Below, piece after piece: positions 17,889 to 27,983 of a stretch of 64,000 nucleotides of DNA. The stretch spans positions 28,198 to 92,197 of the forward strand of contig JBAZQN010000003.1 in assembly GCA_041645165.1 (NCBI GenBank). The letters are read 5' to 3'. The notes beneath the pieces were generated by a model. It saw nothing but the letters and a program-made list of their open reading frames with translations, made no database searches and had not been told where the DNA came from. A program made the position numbers and the translations under genes. Each line of letters starts with the position of its first letter. The first letter of the stretch is position 1. The DNA comes from Patescibacteria group bacterium (lineage in GTDB: Bacteria; Patescibacteriota; Patescibacteriia; 2-02-FULL-49-11).

Positions 17889-18449
17889 TTATGGCTTTAC
17901 CACGAGCAACTCCTGATACTTCTTCCTTATTTTTTCGATTTTCGGCTTAATGACTGCTCTTGAATACCCCTCATTAAGATGGCAGGCGTAATAATTCTTG
18001 TGGTACTCTTCCGCAGGATAAAACGCCTCCAAGGGAGCGATTTCCGTCACGAGGGGTTTGTCGTAAACGCGGGCATCGGCGAGCTCGTTCACAAAACGTT
18101 CTGCGGCGGCACGCTGGTCAGGTACGGTGAAAAGAATAATAGATCGATATTGGGTGCCGATATCGTCACCCTGCCGGTTCAGGCTGGTCGGATCATGACT
18201 TTCGAAAAAAATTTCAAGTAATTTTTCATACGAGATAATTTGAGGATCGTATACTACCAGAATTACTTCCGCATGCCCGGTGGCGCCGGTGGACACTTGT
18301 TCGTAGGTGGGATTCGGCACCGTCCCTCCGGCGTATCCCGAGGTAACATTCACCACCCCTTTTAATCCAAGAAAAACCGCTTCAGTGCACCAAAAGCATC
18401 CACCGCCGAAAGCAACACGCTGATATACTTTTTGCCCAATAGAATTCAT
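17889..18449 (-). CDS. msrA: Peptide methionine sulfoxide reductase A
   Basis: GGGCFWCTE, SGYAGG, GHAE, DIGTQYRS, AEEYH. Confidence 0.97.
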   Translation of the reverse strand: MNSIGQKVYQRVAFGGGCFWCTEAVFLGLKGVVNVTSGYAGGTVPNPTYEQVSTGATGHAEVILVVYDPQIISYEKLLEIFFESHDPTSLNRQGDDIGTQYRSIILFTVPDQRAAAERFVNELADARVYDKPLVTEIAPLEAFYPAEEYHKNYYACHLNEGYSRAVIKPKIEKIRKKYQELLVVKP

Positions 18450-18451
18450 AT

Positions 18452-18851
18452 TTAAACCTTAGCAACGACAAATCGCATAGCCACGGAATTAATGCAGTAC
18501 CGCTTGCCCGTGGGTTTGGGCCCGTCATCAAACACATGCCCAAGGTGAGAATCGCATCGTGCGCAGCGCACTTCCGTGCGCTGCATGCCGTGCGTAGTAT
18601 CCTCGCGCGCTTTAATGTTTTCTGGGTTAACAGGCCTGGTAGTAGCTCGGCCAGCCGGCGCCTGATTCAAATTTGGCGTCCGCGCGGAACAAAGGCAAAT
18701 CGCACGCGGCGCAATGGTACGCGCCGCTTTTATGAGGCATTCCCGTAGGACAGGAAAACGCAGGCTCGGTCCCCTGCGTGCGCATTATCCGGTATTGCTC
18801 CGGTGTGAGCAGAGCCTTCCATTCCTGTTCCGTCTTATACATTTTTTCCAT
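18452..18851 (-). pseudogene. msrB: msrB with +1 frameshift
   Basis: N-half (GTEPAF, CAAC, GWPS) and C-half (RTEVRC, HLGHVF, RYCINS) in different frames; one extra base near 18635. Confidence 0.85.
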
Positions 18852-18873
18852 ATTGCTGCTACCCAAAAACTAC

Positions 18874-19065
18874 TTAAGAAAAAATAAAAAGATCATCGAT
18901 TCTGGTTTTGAGGATCTTAGCAATCTGATAGGCAAGCCTCAGAGAAGGATTATATTTCCCCTGCTCCAGAAACACGATGGTTTCCCTGCGCACACCCGCG
19001 TGCGCGGCCAGTTGCTCTTGCGTCAGGTTATACTTTGTACGAAATTCTTTAATACGATTTTTCAT
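18874..19065 (-). CDS. XRE-family HTH regulator
   Basis: [35 protein letters not shown]. Confidence 0.92.
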   Translation of the reverse strand: MKNRIKEFRTKYNLTQEQLAAHAGVRRETIVFLEQGKYNPSLRLAYQIAKILKTRIDDLFIFS

Positions 19066-19143
19066 AAATGTTTTCACGCGACTTGATACGACTATTGCCT
19101 CATTTTTTCAATGGATGCCGGAGGTTATCGCTCCTCCTGCGGC

Positions 19144-19704
19144 TCACATCGTATCGTCAACGCAAGGCGCATCAGGCATAGGTGTTCGCGGATTACCATG
19201 CTTGATCCACTGCCCCTCATCGCAGAGCCATGTATCCTCGTCCCCGCTGAATAGGCGCAGGCCGACTATCACAAACGCCAAGAGTAATGCTCCCATCAAT
19301 ATAAAAGCCAGAACTTTACGACTCTGCACACGCGGTTTATTGAGATAATTGAAAATAATGCTATAAACGAGGAGGATAAAACAGGTAGCATACGCTAATA
19401 CATAACCTATTACTTCAAAGAGAGGGTGCCCTTCCCGTAAAGCAATGAGAATAAAAGTGGCAATGCTCGCCATAACCGCAAATATTACCATGGCATAGCG
19501 CGCCGCCTTGCCCGCGATCTGATAATCCCGCTCGTCAGCGATAACCTCTTTCACCTGCCTGCGGAACATCATCATAAGCCCCGCCGCAATCGCAACCGAT
19601 GCCGCTGCCAATGGGTAATTATCGATAATAATAGCTTGGCTTATCACTGCAGCTAATATCATTGCTACGATAATTTTTGCGAATTTATATCTTTGGTAGG
19701 TCAT
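19144..19704 (-). CDS. DUF2178-like membrane protein with C-terminal EDTWLC..W.KHG.P module
   Basis: ADERDYQIAGKA motif, 5 TM segments, adjacent to XRE gene. Confidence 0.7.
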   Translation of the reverse strand: MTYQRYKFAKIIVAMILAAVISQAIIIDNYPLAAASVAIAAGLMMMFRRQVKEVIADERDYQIAGKAARYAMVIFAVMASIATFILIALREGHPLFEVIGYVLAYATCFILLVYSIIFNYLNKPRVQSRKVLAFILMGALLLAFVIVGLRLFSGDEDTWLCDEGQWIKHGNPRTPMPDAPCVDDTM

Positions 19705-19822
19705 AAGATAATAGTTAGAAATACCTCACAATCTTAATGTTGTATTATTCTAACATTGTTGTCAAGGCGTTTGGTGAATATGCTAAATTATGTAATCTGG
19801 CGATATCTGCCGATACCCGATT

Positions 19823-19851
19823 TTGACCGATCGGCCATAGTCTTTTATAAT
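19823..19851 (+). promoter_or_regulatory. Sigma70 promoter of the glutamine synthetase gene
   Basis: TTGACC-17 bp-TATAAT. Confidence 0.8.
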
Positions 19852-19990
19852 GGTAAAGTACCAATTAACGAGGGGCTTATTTGGTGCCTCACAGGTAACC
19901 TATAAAGGTTTTTATTTATTATGGCGGCTTTCCGCTTGACGTCCGGCAGTTGCCGACGCTGGCCGTTTACCAGCCAGCCGCCACGGGAGA

Positions 19991-21094
19991 ATGGTTATGT
20001 CCGAAAAAGTTATGGCCGAGTATATATGGCTGGACGGCCGACGACCCACCGCCAAATTGCGTTCCAAAACAAAAATTGTGAACGGGCCTATAGCCAAAAT
20101 TAGCGATTTGGCGGATTGGGGTTTTGACGGTTCTTCCACCGAACAGGCCGAAGGTCACTTTAGCGACTGCATGCTGAAACCGGTACATTTTGTCACCGAT
20201 CCGATACACAAAGCGCCGCACATATTAGTGCTCTGTGAAGTGCTGAATGCCGACGGCACGCCGCACGTTTCCAACACGCGCCATGTGTTAGCCGCAACCG
20301 CCGCCAAATACCGGTCTCATGAACCGTTGTTCGGCATTGAGCAAGAATATACTTTATATCATAAAGATTGGCCACTGGGGTGGCCGACGAGCGGTTTCCC
20401 GCATCCGCAAGGGCGTTATTATTGTGGCGTCGGTTACGATGAAGTACACGGCCGTGAGCTGATAATGGAACATGTGGAGGCCTGCCTGGAAGCCGGACTC
20501 GCCATATCCGGCATTAACGCCGAGGTAATGCCGGCGCAGTGGGAATTCCAGGTCGGCACGCTAAGTCCTTTGGAAGTGAGCGACCAGTTGTGGCTCGCGC
20601 GCTGGCTATTGTATCGCTTGGGAGAAAATTTTTCCGTGTATGCCAAACTGGATCCCAAACCCATGCCAGGAGATTGGAACGGCGCCGGTGGCCACACTAA
20701 TTTTTCAATCAAGAGCATGCGCGAAGACGGCGGTTTAGCAGTCATTAAAAAAACTTGCCAAAAACTGGGCCAATTCCATAAAGAACATTTGCGGGTGTAT
20801 GGCGCGGATAACGATAAGCGTTTAACCGGCAAACACGAAACTTGCAGTATTTACCAATTCCGTTATGGCGTGTCCGACCGGGGAGCCTCTATCCGCATTC
20901 CCATGGCCACGGCCAATGCCGGTAAGGGTTATTTGGAGGACCGCCGGCCAGCGGCGAATCTGGACCCTTACCAAATTTGCACGGCCTTGATCGAAACCGC
21001 GTGCGGAGACGGTTTTAATCCGGATAAATACGGCTGGGGTAATTTTGAAATTAATAATGCGAAACCAGTGGAAATCCAGGCAGAGGACGCTTAA
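19991..21094 (+). CDS. glnII: Glutamine synthetase type II
   Basis: EYIWLDG, LRSKT, WGFDGSST, GIEQEY, NAEVMPAQWEFQ, WNGAG, RLTGKHET, YLEDRRP. Confidence 0.93.
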   Translation: MVMSEKVMAEYIWLDGRRPTAKLRSKTKIVNGPIAKISDLADWGFDGSSTEQAEGHFSDCMLKPVHFVTDPIHKAPHILVLCEVLNADGTPHVSNTRHVLAATAAKYRSHEPLFGIEQEYTLYHKDWPLGWPTSGFPHPQGRYYCGVGYDEVHGRELIMEHVEACLEAGLAISGINAEVMPAQWEFQVGTLSPLEVSDQLWLARWLLYRLGENFSVYAKLDPKPMPGDWNGAGGHTNFSIKSMREDGGLAVIKKTCQKLGQFHKEHLRVYGADNDKRLTGKHETCSIYQFRYGVSDRGASIRIPMATANAGKGYLEDRRPAANLDPYQICTALIETACGDGFNPDKYGWGNFEINNAKPVEIQAEDA

Positions 21095-21188
21095 ATAAAC
21101 GCATTTTTATCTGTTGAATTGGTCTTTAAAAAGTGGCCGAAATGCTGCAATTCGGCCACATAGGTCTGAAATCAATAATCTGAATCAG

Positions 21189-21989
21189 TTACCCAAACGC
21201 GACGTCAAGCACCATCATGACTGTAAATCCGATCATGGCCCCGATGGTTGCCACGTCCGTGGCATTTTTCTGCGATGCAGGGATTATTTCTTCCACCGAC
21301 ACGTAAATCATGGCGCCTGCGGCAAAGGCAAGCGCATACGGCAATATCCCGCGCATGACGAGCACGCTCGCCGCACCCAATACTGCCGCCACCGGTTCAA
21401 TGAGCGCGGATGCCTGCCCGTAGAAAAAAGCGCGCCAACGGCTCAATCCTTCCCGACGGAACGGAAGCGATACCGCGAGCCCTTCGGGAAAATTCTGTAT
21501 CCCGATCCCCAGCGCGAGCGCGGCCGCGCCTGCCCAGCTTGCCCCGTCTATGCCCTGCGCCGCAGCCCCGAACGCCACGCCGATCGCAAGCCCCTCCGGA
21601 AAATTATGGAACGTGATCGCCAAAAAAAGGAGCATCGTCCTATGCCAGGACGTGCGTATGCCTTCCACGCGCGCAAGCGGCTGACCGAACCATAAATGCG
21701 GAAGCGCTTTATCAATCAGCCAGAGAAACAAGCCGCCGCTTAAAAAACCAACAGCAGGAGGCATCCACGGGAGTATGCCAAGCTTCTCACTCATGGCAAT
21801 GGAAGGCGCAAGCAGCGACCAAAAACTCGCCGCAATCATGACTCCTGCGGTGAAGCCAAGCATGGCGTCTAAAAGCCTCTGCTTAATTGTTTTAAAAAAG
21901 AAAACGCCGGCGGCTCCGACGGCAGTCATGCCCCAGGTAAAGAGCGTGGCATAAAACGCGGCAAGGACTGGATTATCAGGGAAAACCAT
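21189..21989 (-). CDS. ZIP/GufA family metal transporter
   Basis: GFTAGVMIAAS, HNFPEGLA, QNFPEG, AGAMIYV. Confidence 0.93.
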   Translation of the reverse strand: MVFPDNPVLAAFYATLFTWGMTAVGAAGVFFFKTIKQRLLDAMLGFTAGVMIAASFWSLLAPSIAMSEKLGILPWMPPAVGFLSGGLFLWLIDKALPHLWFGQPLARVEGIRTSWHRTMLLFLAITFHNFPEGLAIGVAFGAAAQGIDGASWAGAAALALGIGIQNFPEGLAVSLPFRREGLSRWRAFFYGQASALIEPVAAVLGAASVLVMRGILPYALAFAAGAMIYVSVEEIIPASQKNATDVATIGAMIGFTVMMVLDVAFG

Positions 21990-22126
21990 GAATGGTCGAA
22001 ATGGTCATGCGATATCTTCCTTATAAGCTTACCAAAATAATGGGAAAAAAGCCATGGAGAAAAAGTCATAATAAATAAGCGCCTTCGCTATATCGAGGCT
22101 ATTCGCCTGCAAAAACTTTCTCTCAA

Positions 22127-23104
22127 CTATAATATCCATGTGTACACATACCCCAGTATGATTATGCTCGCCGTGATTGTGCCATAAAATATGGCGATAA
22201 GCCTGCAGGTCATCGCTTTCTTGAGCATTATGGCAGACGGGAAAGAGAGGCCGACCGCTGCCATCATAAAGGCAAGCACCACTCCGAGCGGAATGCCCTT
22301 GTCTACCAGCGCTTGCGCAATAGGGAGTATCCCTGCCGCATTCGCATACAGGGGCACAGCTACCATGACGGCAACCGGTACGGCGATGAGACTATTCACA
22401 GGGAGATATGTTTCAAAAAATCCTATGGGAACAAAGCCATGAATGACCGCGCCCACGCCCACACCGATGATTACATAAACCCCCACGCTCCGCACGATGT
22501 TCCATGTTCCTCTGGCAGCGCGAGCTAGCTTCTTTGAAAAACCGTTACCTTCCTGAATAAATACTCCCTGCACCTCCTGCATTACGGCTTGCGTAACCCA
22601 AGACGATAAATACTTTTCTAACCTCATTTTCCCAAGCAGGTAGCCGGCAACCACCGCTACCAGTATCCCGCTCATTACGTAAATAAGGGTAACTTTAACG
22701 CCAAATACACCCAGAAGCATAGCTATCACTACCGAATCGACTAGCGGCGAGCTGATAAGGAAGGCTAAAGTCACCCCCAAGGGAATGCCGCCGCGCACGA
22801 ACCCTATGAAGAGCGGCACCGAGGAACAGGAGCAGAAAGGCGTGATAGTGCCAAAAAGCGCTGCCAATAAGTAATCAGCGCCATATAATTTTTTAGTACT
22901 AAGATACGCACGCACCTTTTCCACGGGAAAATACTCATTCACCAAACCCATGACGAGCGCTATGCTAAAGAGAAGAATAAATATCTTTAGGGTGTCGTAA
23001 ATAAAAAACCGCACGCTCTCGCCAATGCGGGTCGCCTCGCCGAGTGAAAAGACGCGGAATGCCGCCCAATCGGCGAATTGTTCAAGCGGGTACCAAATAC
23101 TCAT
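22127..23104 (-). CDS. ArsP/DUF318-type permease
   Basis: TPFCSCSSVP, FLISSP motifs, multiple TM. Confidence 0.9.
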   Translation of the reverse strand: MSIWYPLEQFADWAAFRVFSLGEATRIGESVRFFIYDTLKIFILLFSIALVMGLVNEYFPVEKVRAYLSTKKLYGADYLLAALFGTITPFCSCSSVPLFIGFVRGGIPLGVTLAFLISSPLVDSVVIAMLLGVFGVKVTLIYVMSGILVAVVAGYLLGKMRLEKYLSSWVTQAVMQEVQGVFIQEGNGFSKKLARAARGTWNIVRSVGVYVIIGVGVGAVIHGFVPIGFFETYLPVNSLIAVPVAVMVAVPLYANAAGILPIAQALVDKGIPLGVVLAFMMAAVGLSFPSAIMLKKAMTCRLIAIFYGTITASIIILGYVYTWIL

Positions 23105-23105
23105 A

Positions 23106-23345
23106 CTATCCTGCCTGCTGAATGAGTTCCTTTATTTTCTCTAAAGAGGGCAGACTCCCGGCCAACACAGACTTCTCGTCAATGACGAGAACCGGACTGT
23201 GCATAATCCCCCTAGCCACAATCCTTTCCACATCCGTGATATATTCAATCTCTGCAGATACCCCCAACAATGTTACTGCTTCTTTTGTTCGCTCTAAGAG
23301 CATTTTACACGTAGGGCATCCTGTGCCCATAACTTGTATCTTCAT
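23106..23345 (-). CDS. Small thioredoxin-like redox disulfide protein
   Basis: MKIQVMGTGCPTC, SPVLVID. Confidence 0.9.
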   Translation of the reverse strand: MKIQVMGTGCPTCKMLLERTKEAVTLLGVSAEIEYITDVERIVARGIMHSPVLVIDEKSVLAGSLPSLEKIKELIQQAG

Positions 23346-23674
23346 AGTGGTGCATTTAATAAGCGCAATACGCGAATAAGGCGCTTCCCTTGCGCCGTCA
23401 GAGCATAATCAATGTACTTGCCAGCGCGTTTTTTCTCCACCACGCCTCCTGCCATCAGATCGGCCAGGTGATGCGATATGAGTGTTTGGGACATGCGCGT
23501 ATGCGTCATTAAATCGCACACGCAGTGCGCGCCTCGGGAGAGCAGCAAGAGTAGTCTCACGCGCGCAGGCACCGCAAGCAATTTCAATGTATTCTCCGCC
23601 GCAACGAGTGAAGCATCTCCTTGCTCTAACGCCGGTGATGAGGAATGACAACGACAACGTTTATATATGAACAT
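23342..23674 (-). CDS. ArsR/SmtB regulator
   Basis: CVCDL, SQTLISHHL, RAGKYIDYAL. Confidence 0.92.
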   Translation of the reverse strand: MFIYKRCRCHSSSPALEQGDASLVAAENTLKLLAVPARVRLLLLLSRGAHCVCDLMTHTRMSQTLISHHLADLMAGGVVEKKRAGKYIDYALTAQGKRLIRVLRLLNAPL

Positions 23675-23711
23675 ACGTTCATATAATAATCCCTTCTATT
23701 CATTCAGTCAA
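23664..23711 (-). promoter_or_regulatory. ArsR operator palindrome and promoter
   Basis: TATATGAAC-ATAC-GTTCATATA (23664-23685) overlapping start codon; TTGACT-17-TATTAT (23711-23683). Confidence 0.75.
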
Positions 23712-23740
23712 TCGGGTTCGAACTCCCTTTCTTACCCAAT

Positions 23741-23778
23741 CAAAAACACCCTGAAAGGGATGTTAAAAATCAAAACTC
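23741..23778 (-). repeat. Copy of the tRNA-Asn downstream terminator segment
   Basis: CAAAAACACCC..GGGATGTTAAAAATCAAAACTC resembles 48168-48207. Confidence 0.65.
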
Positions 23779-23854
23779 TCTAGGATAAGATGGCGTTAAT
23801 AAGGACCAGGCTTATAACCCAGTCTTATACAAATCTGAACAATCTTGGAAACAA

Positions 23855-25360
23855 TCAGCGCCTGGTCATGAGATTCATGATGTTCATTTCATACCACACC
23901 TTCTCCGCCACTCTCTTCTCCTGCCGCTCGATCCAGGGTGTCCAGTCAAATGCTTCTTCAGATTTATTTTTCCCTTCTCTCTCCAGATAATCGGCTTTTT
24001 CTTTCAACGCGCCTTGTTGCTCATATCGTTTCACTAATGAGAGCACGTCCGGTGACAGCATGGTAAGCTCGTACAGCCGAATTCTTGAATTTTCTATGCC
24101 GGACAGGGCGACATTGGCACGTAAGATGAATTGTTCAACGGGTAACACCGTCACCGCGGCATACATCCAAATAAAGAGCACTACCAAAAATTTGAGGATA
24201 TTGGAGCGCTGCGCGATAAACAAGCGCGTGATGAGCCACACAAAGACTATCGCACAATAGAGCACCGTGTAGGCGGCAAAAAATTTTTCGTAGCTGAACC
24301 CGTAATAGGTGACATAGAGCCCCATGCGATAGCCTGCGGAAACTAGCAACAGCAATGACGCGGCAGTAAAAGCCGCCAGAATCTTTTGCACTATGGGGCT
24401 GGTTTTTCTGTATGCGAAGAAATAAATCAATATATTGATCACGGACAAAAACAGCAGCTGCCAAAAACCGCTTTTCACCAAATGCTCGGTTTCCTTGAAA
24501 TCAAAGGGGAGGTCTCCCACCCACAAACGCTTCACCTGCACCCAGAGAAAAAGCGCATACAGGCAGAGGATGCCGCCGAGCACGATCCCTGCGACAATCG
24601 AGTCGATCGGCTTGTCCTGTTTCTCTTTTTTGCCGTAATCAAACGGCCCGCTCCACGCCGCGAGCACTGATGAGAATAGGATTGATAAAGCAATGCCCAC
24701 CAGCAGCTTGTACATGAATGGCACAGAGATAATTTCTTTGAACCAATCATAGATGCCTTTCATGCGTTCGGCGAACACAGCATCGGCAGAGGAGAGAAGC
24801 GGAATGAAGACAGTGAGCGCGATGACCAAAAACAAGACTAGGCCGGCTGTTACTCTTACCGCAATCCGCTTCTTTGCCGATCCGGTCGGTACAATAAGAT
24901 TCAGATAGAGTGTGGCGGACTTGCCAATCTGCAAGAGGAATGAGAAAAATCGGCTAATTATCCTTAGCACATACTCGATATCCCAGTACTTTGACTCTTT
25001 ATCAGGCAAAAACGCCTGATTGTAAAAAATCGCAAACCCCGCCGGCAGAACCATGAGACTGAATATTTTTAGAAAAGGATTATCGTAGAGCGCGAAACTC
25101 AGGACGATAAGTGTGAACGGTATGAGCCACGCGAGATCATTCTTTCCAAAATGCCCTTCTTTGCGCAAGACCCACACGAATAACCCAAGAAATAAAACCA
25201 GAAAAATAAAGGCATTGAATCCCAGCGCATACACTCCTTTGCTCCAGAAATTCCACAGGAAGACAACCCAAAAAATCGCCAAACCAGCGCACAAAATAAG
25301 CCTAAGGGCCAAATCCCTGTTTAAACTCTCCGGGTGTTCCGTGGGAGCATTATTTGCCAT
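23855..25360 (-). CDS. DUF4153/DUF4173-like membrane protein
   Basis: LLSSADAVF, GFWQL, RMGLYVTYYG, many TM. Confidence 0.75.
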   Translation of the reverse strand: MANNAPTEHPESLNRDLALRLILCAGLAIFWVVFLWNFWSKGVYALGFNAFIFLVLFLGLFVWVLRKEGHFGKNDLAWLIPFTLIVLSFALYDNPFLKIFSLMVLPAGFAIFYNQAFLPDKESKYWDIEYVLRIISRFFSFLLQIGKSATLYLNLIVPTGSAKKRIAVRVTAGLVLFLVIALTVFIPLLSSADAVFAERMKGIYDWFKEIISVPFMYKLLVGIALSILFSSVLAAWSGPFDYGKKEKQDKPIDSIVAGIVLGGILCLYALFLWVQVKRLWVGDLPFDFKETEHLVKSGFWQLLFLSVINILIYFFAYRKTSPIVQKILAAFTAASLLLLVSAGYRMGLYVTYYGFSYEKFFAAYTVLYCAIVFVWLITRLFIAQRSNILKFLVVLFIWMYAAVTVLPVEQFILRANVALSGIENSRIRLYELTMLSPDVLSLVKRYEQQGALKEKADYLEREGKNKSEEAFDWTPWIERQEKRVAEKVWYEMNIMNLMTRR

Positions 25361-25412
25361 GTTTCAATAATCCCACGAAATATGACTTAAATCAAGGAAA
25401 ATCGCCCAAACG

Positions 25413-25446
25413 CTAAACCCGCCCCGCAAATGCGGGGCGGGTTTAG
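25413..25446. other. Perfect 15-bp hairpin
   Basis: CTAAACCCGCCCCGC-AAAT-GCGGGGCGGGTTTAG. Confidence 0.7.
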
Positions 25447-25995
25447 GACCTCTAAATACGGCAGTATTCCGAATGGTCAGAACCTCTCAAAATGCATGTA
25501 AATAAAAGAGAAAACGAGCGCTTGTACGCTCGCTGTCCCATATTCCTCTCCGCCTTGACTGACGTTAGAACCTGCTTGCAAGGATTAGTGGATAAATATT
25601 TGCCGTTTGTATTGGTAAAATCGTGGTAGTATCTTAGTGCAAAATTGAACAATTTCCGTATATATATTCAACGAAAAGTGGCTTTCGGATGTCCCCTCCC
25701 TGCGATAGAGACCGTAGGGGATCACGGCTGGCGATCCCACGGTCTTACGAACCTAACCATGTTACTGCTCTTAAACTTTTTCCTTAAGGTAACCCTATAG
25801 CAAGAGCCACAGGGTGTCCTGTGAAGCTATCAACCTTTCGCTCTCCTGAGACCATGCATGTATATGATAAGAAGTCGCGACGTAACAAAAAAGATTACAT
25901 CCGCCTTCTGCGCCGTTTCTGCCCGCACCGTAATCTCTGACCACACCATGTGCCGCCCAGCAAGAAAATGCAATGTGCATTGCCTTTCACACGGC

Positions 25996-27918
25996 CTACA
26001 AGCTGCCCATATCTAGTGTCTTCCAGAGGGTTGCCAAGGAGAGAGAGGCTGCGCCGACGACCTGATCTGCGGCCCCGAAATACATGTAAAGATCACCGCC
26101 CCTAATGACCGCGCCGCAAGGGAAAACGACATTCGATACCTGACCTAATTTTTCAAACGGCATCCGCGGCTCAAACAGCGACTCATCAGTTCGCGCGATA
26201 ATGCGGGTAGGATCCTTCACATCGGCCAACACGGCGCCGACGCGGTATTGACCATCATCGTCGGATATGCCATGGTAGAGCACCAGCCACCCTTTATCGG
26301 TCTTCAACGGCGGCGCAGCAATGCCAACTTTACGTGAATCCCACATGCCTTTCCGCGGCGCGATCCAGCGGTACTCCTCGAGCCACGTCTTCCCGTCAAA
26401 CGCAAGGCTGGCATGAAATGAAAGGTCAATATCATCCCCACTTCGATGGATAATGAGGTAGGTGCTGTTGATCTTCTCCGGGAAGAGACACGCATCTTTA
26501 TCATCGCACCCGGGCGGCGAAATGAGTACGGGTTTTGCCCAATTCCATTTTCTCTCAAGGAAATCCTTCTCATGAATTGAGGTGAGCGCGACCCGCGGTG
26601 GATTTTTTCCATCGTAGGCCGTATAGCACATATAGAATTTAGTACCCATCTTCGTCAGCCGCGGATCTTCGCATCCCGAATTCGCCCCGGGCACCACTTT
26701 TTGTTCAAATACCTCTCGAGGAACGTAGACCGGCTCTGGTAACCGCTCATCAATGTCAAATCCGTTCGTGCTGTTGGCGTATCCCAACACTGACGTATTG
26801 TCGTGAGACATGGCGCGGTACAGGAGATGCACCTTGCCATTCAGGTACACAGCCGCGGGATTGAATACCGCCTTAGACTCCCACGGATGATCAGCGATGG
26901 GCGCAAACATCTGTTGCTCGCGCGCCCACAACGATCGCAGGGGACCAGCAGGCGCTGTGAGTTTCTGCAATAATCCTTTGAGGGAAATAAATGCGAGACA
27001 GCAAACGGTATCAGCGGCGCCGTAGTACAGGTACACCTTCCCTCGGCGGATGAGCGCGCCCGAGGGGAATACCACATTCGGCACGATCCCGATTTTCTCA
27101 TAGTATTCCTCTGCGGTAAGCAGCGGATACAGGGTACGCGCAATGACGTGTCGTGGATCCTTGAGATCAAGCAATACTGCTTCCACGCCAAACACCTGAT
27201 GAGGATGACTGTAGTTCTTGATATACGAGTAAAGCAGTAACCAGCCCGCCTTTGTCTTCAAAGGAGGCGCACCTACTTCAACGTGGTCATAGGGAGTCCG
27301 CTGGAGCGGCAGGGTGGGCTGCGCGGAGAGATTACGGTACCACTCCTGCCAGTAATCCTCTACCCACATGTCTTGCGGCGTGTCAAAACTCGCGAGGCAT
27401 ATATGCGTGGGCGGCCGGTCAGTATTCACCGACAGCACCGCCCAGATCTTGCCGTTCACTCTCTCCGGAAATAGTGCCATGGCCTTCGCATTAAACGACG
27501 TCACGAGGTGTTTCTCCTTGATAGTCTGCAAGTCGGCGCTCACGGCCACGCCCACGCGGATGCCATCGGCTCTAAACGGATACTCGGACAGCGCGGTATA
27601 AAAGATGTAATACATTCCCTCAAGGGCAGTCACCCGAGGATCTTCGCACCCAAACCGGTCCCACGGCATATCAGGAACAATAAATCGTTGCCGTGCAGAA
27701 AAATGCACGCCATCCTTACTTTTCGCGATCCCCACATCAGACACCTTCAGCGTGGTGTTTGCGGCAGAATGGAAATGAGGCAGTGAGACAGCACGGTAGA
27801 GCAGGTAAATGGAACCCTGGTGGAGTACCGGGCATCCATTAAATACCGCATCCGCCTCCCACGATTGATGCCGATGGGGGATGAGTATCGGATTTTTACT
27901 CAATCGCTCGACGATCAT
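25996..27918 (-). CDS. Tandem two-domain GH130-like glycosidase/phosphorylase
   Basis: Two copies of VFN, LLYRA, GCEDPR, VVFP, YYGAAD. Confidence 0.85.
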   Translation of the reverse strand: MIVERLSKNPILIPHRHQSWEADAVFNGCPVLHQGSIYLLYRAVSLPHFHSAANTTLKVSDVGIAKSKDGVHFSARQRFIVPDMPWDRFGCEDPRVTALEGMYYIFYTALSEYPFRADGIRVGVAVSADLQTIKEKHLVTSFNAKAMALFPERVNGKIWAVLSVNTDRPPTHICLASFDTPQDMWVEDYWQEWYRNLSAQPTLPLQRTPYDHVEVGAPPLKTKAGWLLLYSYIKNYSHPHQVFGVEAVLLDLKDPRHVIARTLYPLLTAEEYYEKIGIVPNVVFPSGALIRRGKVYLYYGAADTVCCLAFISLKGLLQKLTAPAGPLRSLWAREQQMFAPIADHPWESKAVFNPAAVYLNGKVHLLYRAMSHDNTSVLGYANSTNGFDIDERLPEPVYVPREVFEQKVVPGANSGCEDPRLTKMGTKFYMCYTAYDGKNPPRVALTSIHEKDFLERKWNWAKPVLISPPGCDDKDACLFPEKINSTYLIIHRSGDDIDLSFHASLAFDGKTWLEEYRWIAPRKGMWDSRKVGIAAPPLKTDKGWLVLYHGISDDDGQYRVGAVLADVKDPTRIIARTDESLFEPRMPFEKLGQVSNVVFPCGAVIRGGDLYMYFGAADQVVGAASLSLATLWKTLDMGSL

Positions 27919-27983
27919 AGCTGCGTAAAAAAAATAACCCATCCACGAGCATCAATAAAAACGTAGCAAGCATAAGGTGTATC

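Noticed and set aside
23714-23727. GGGTTCGAACTCCC T-arm-like motif
   Set aside because: No rest of a cloverleaf
25452-25980. Long intergenic gap with hairpin AGACCGT..ACGGTCT and short ORFs
   Set aside because: No riboswitch consensus or protein motif recognised
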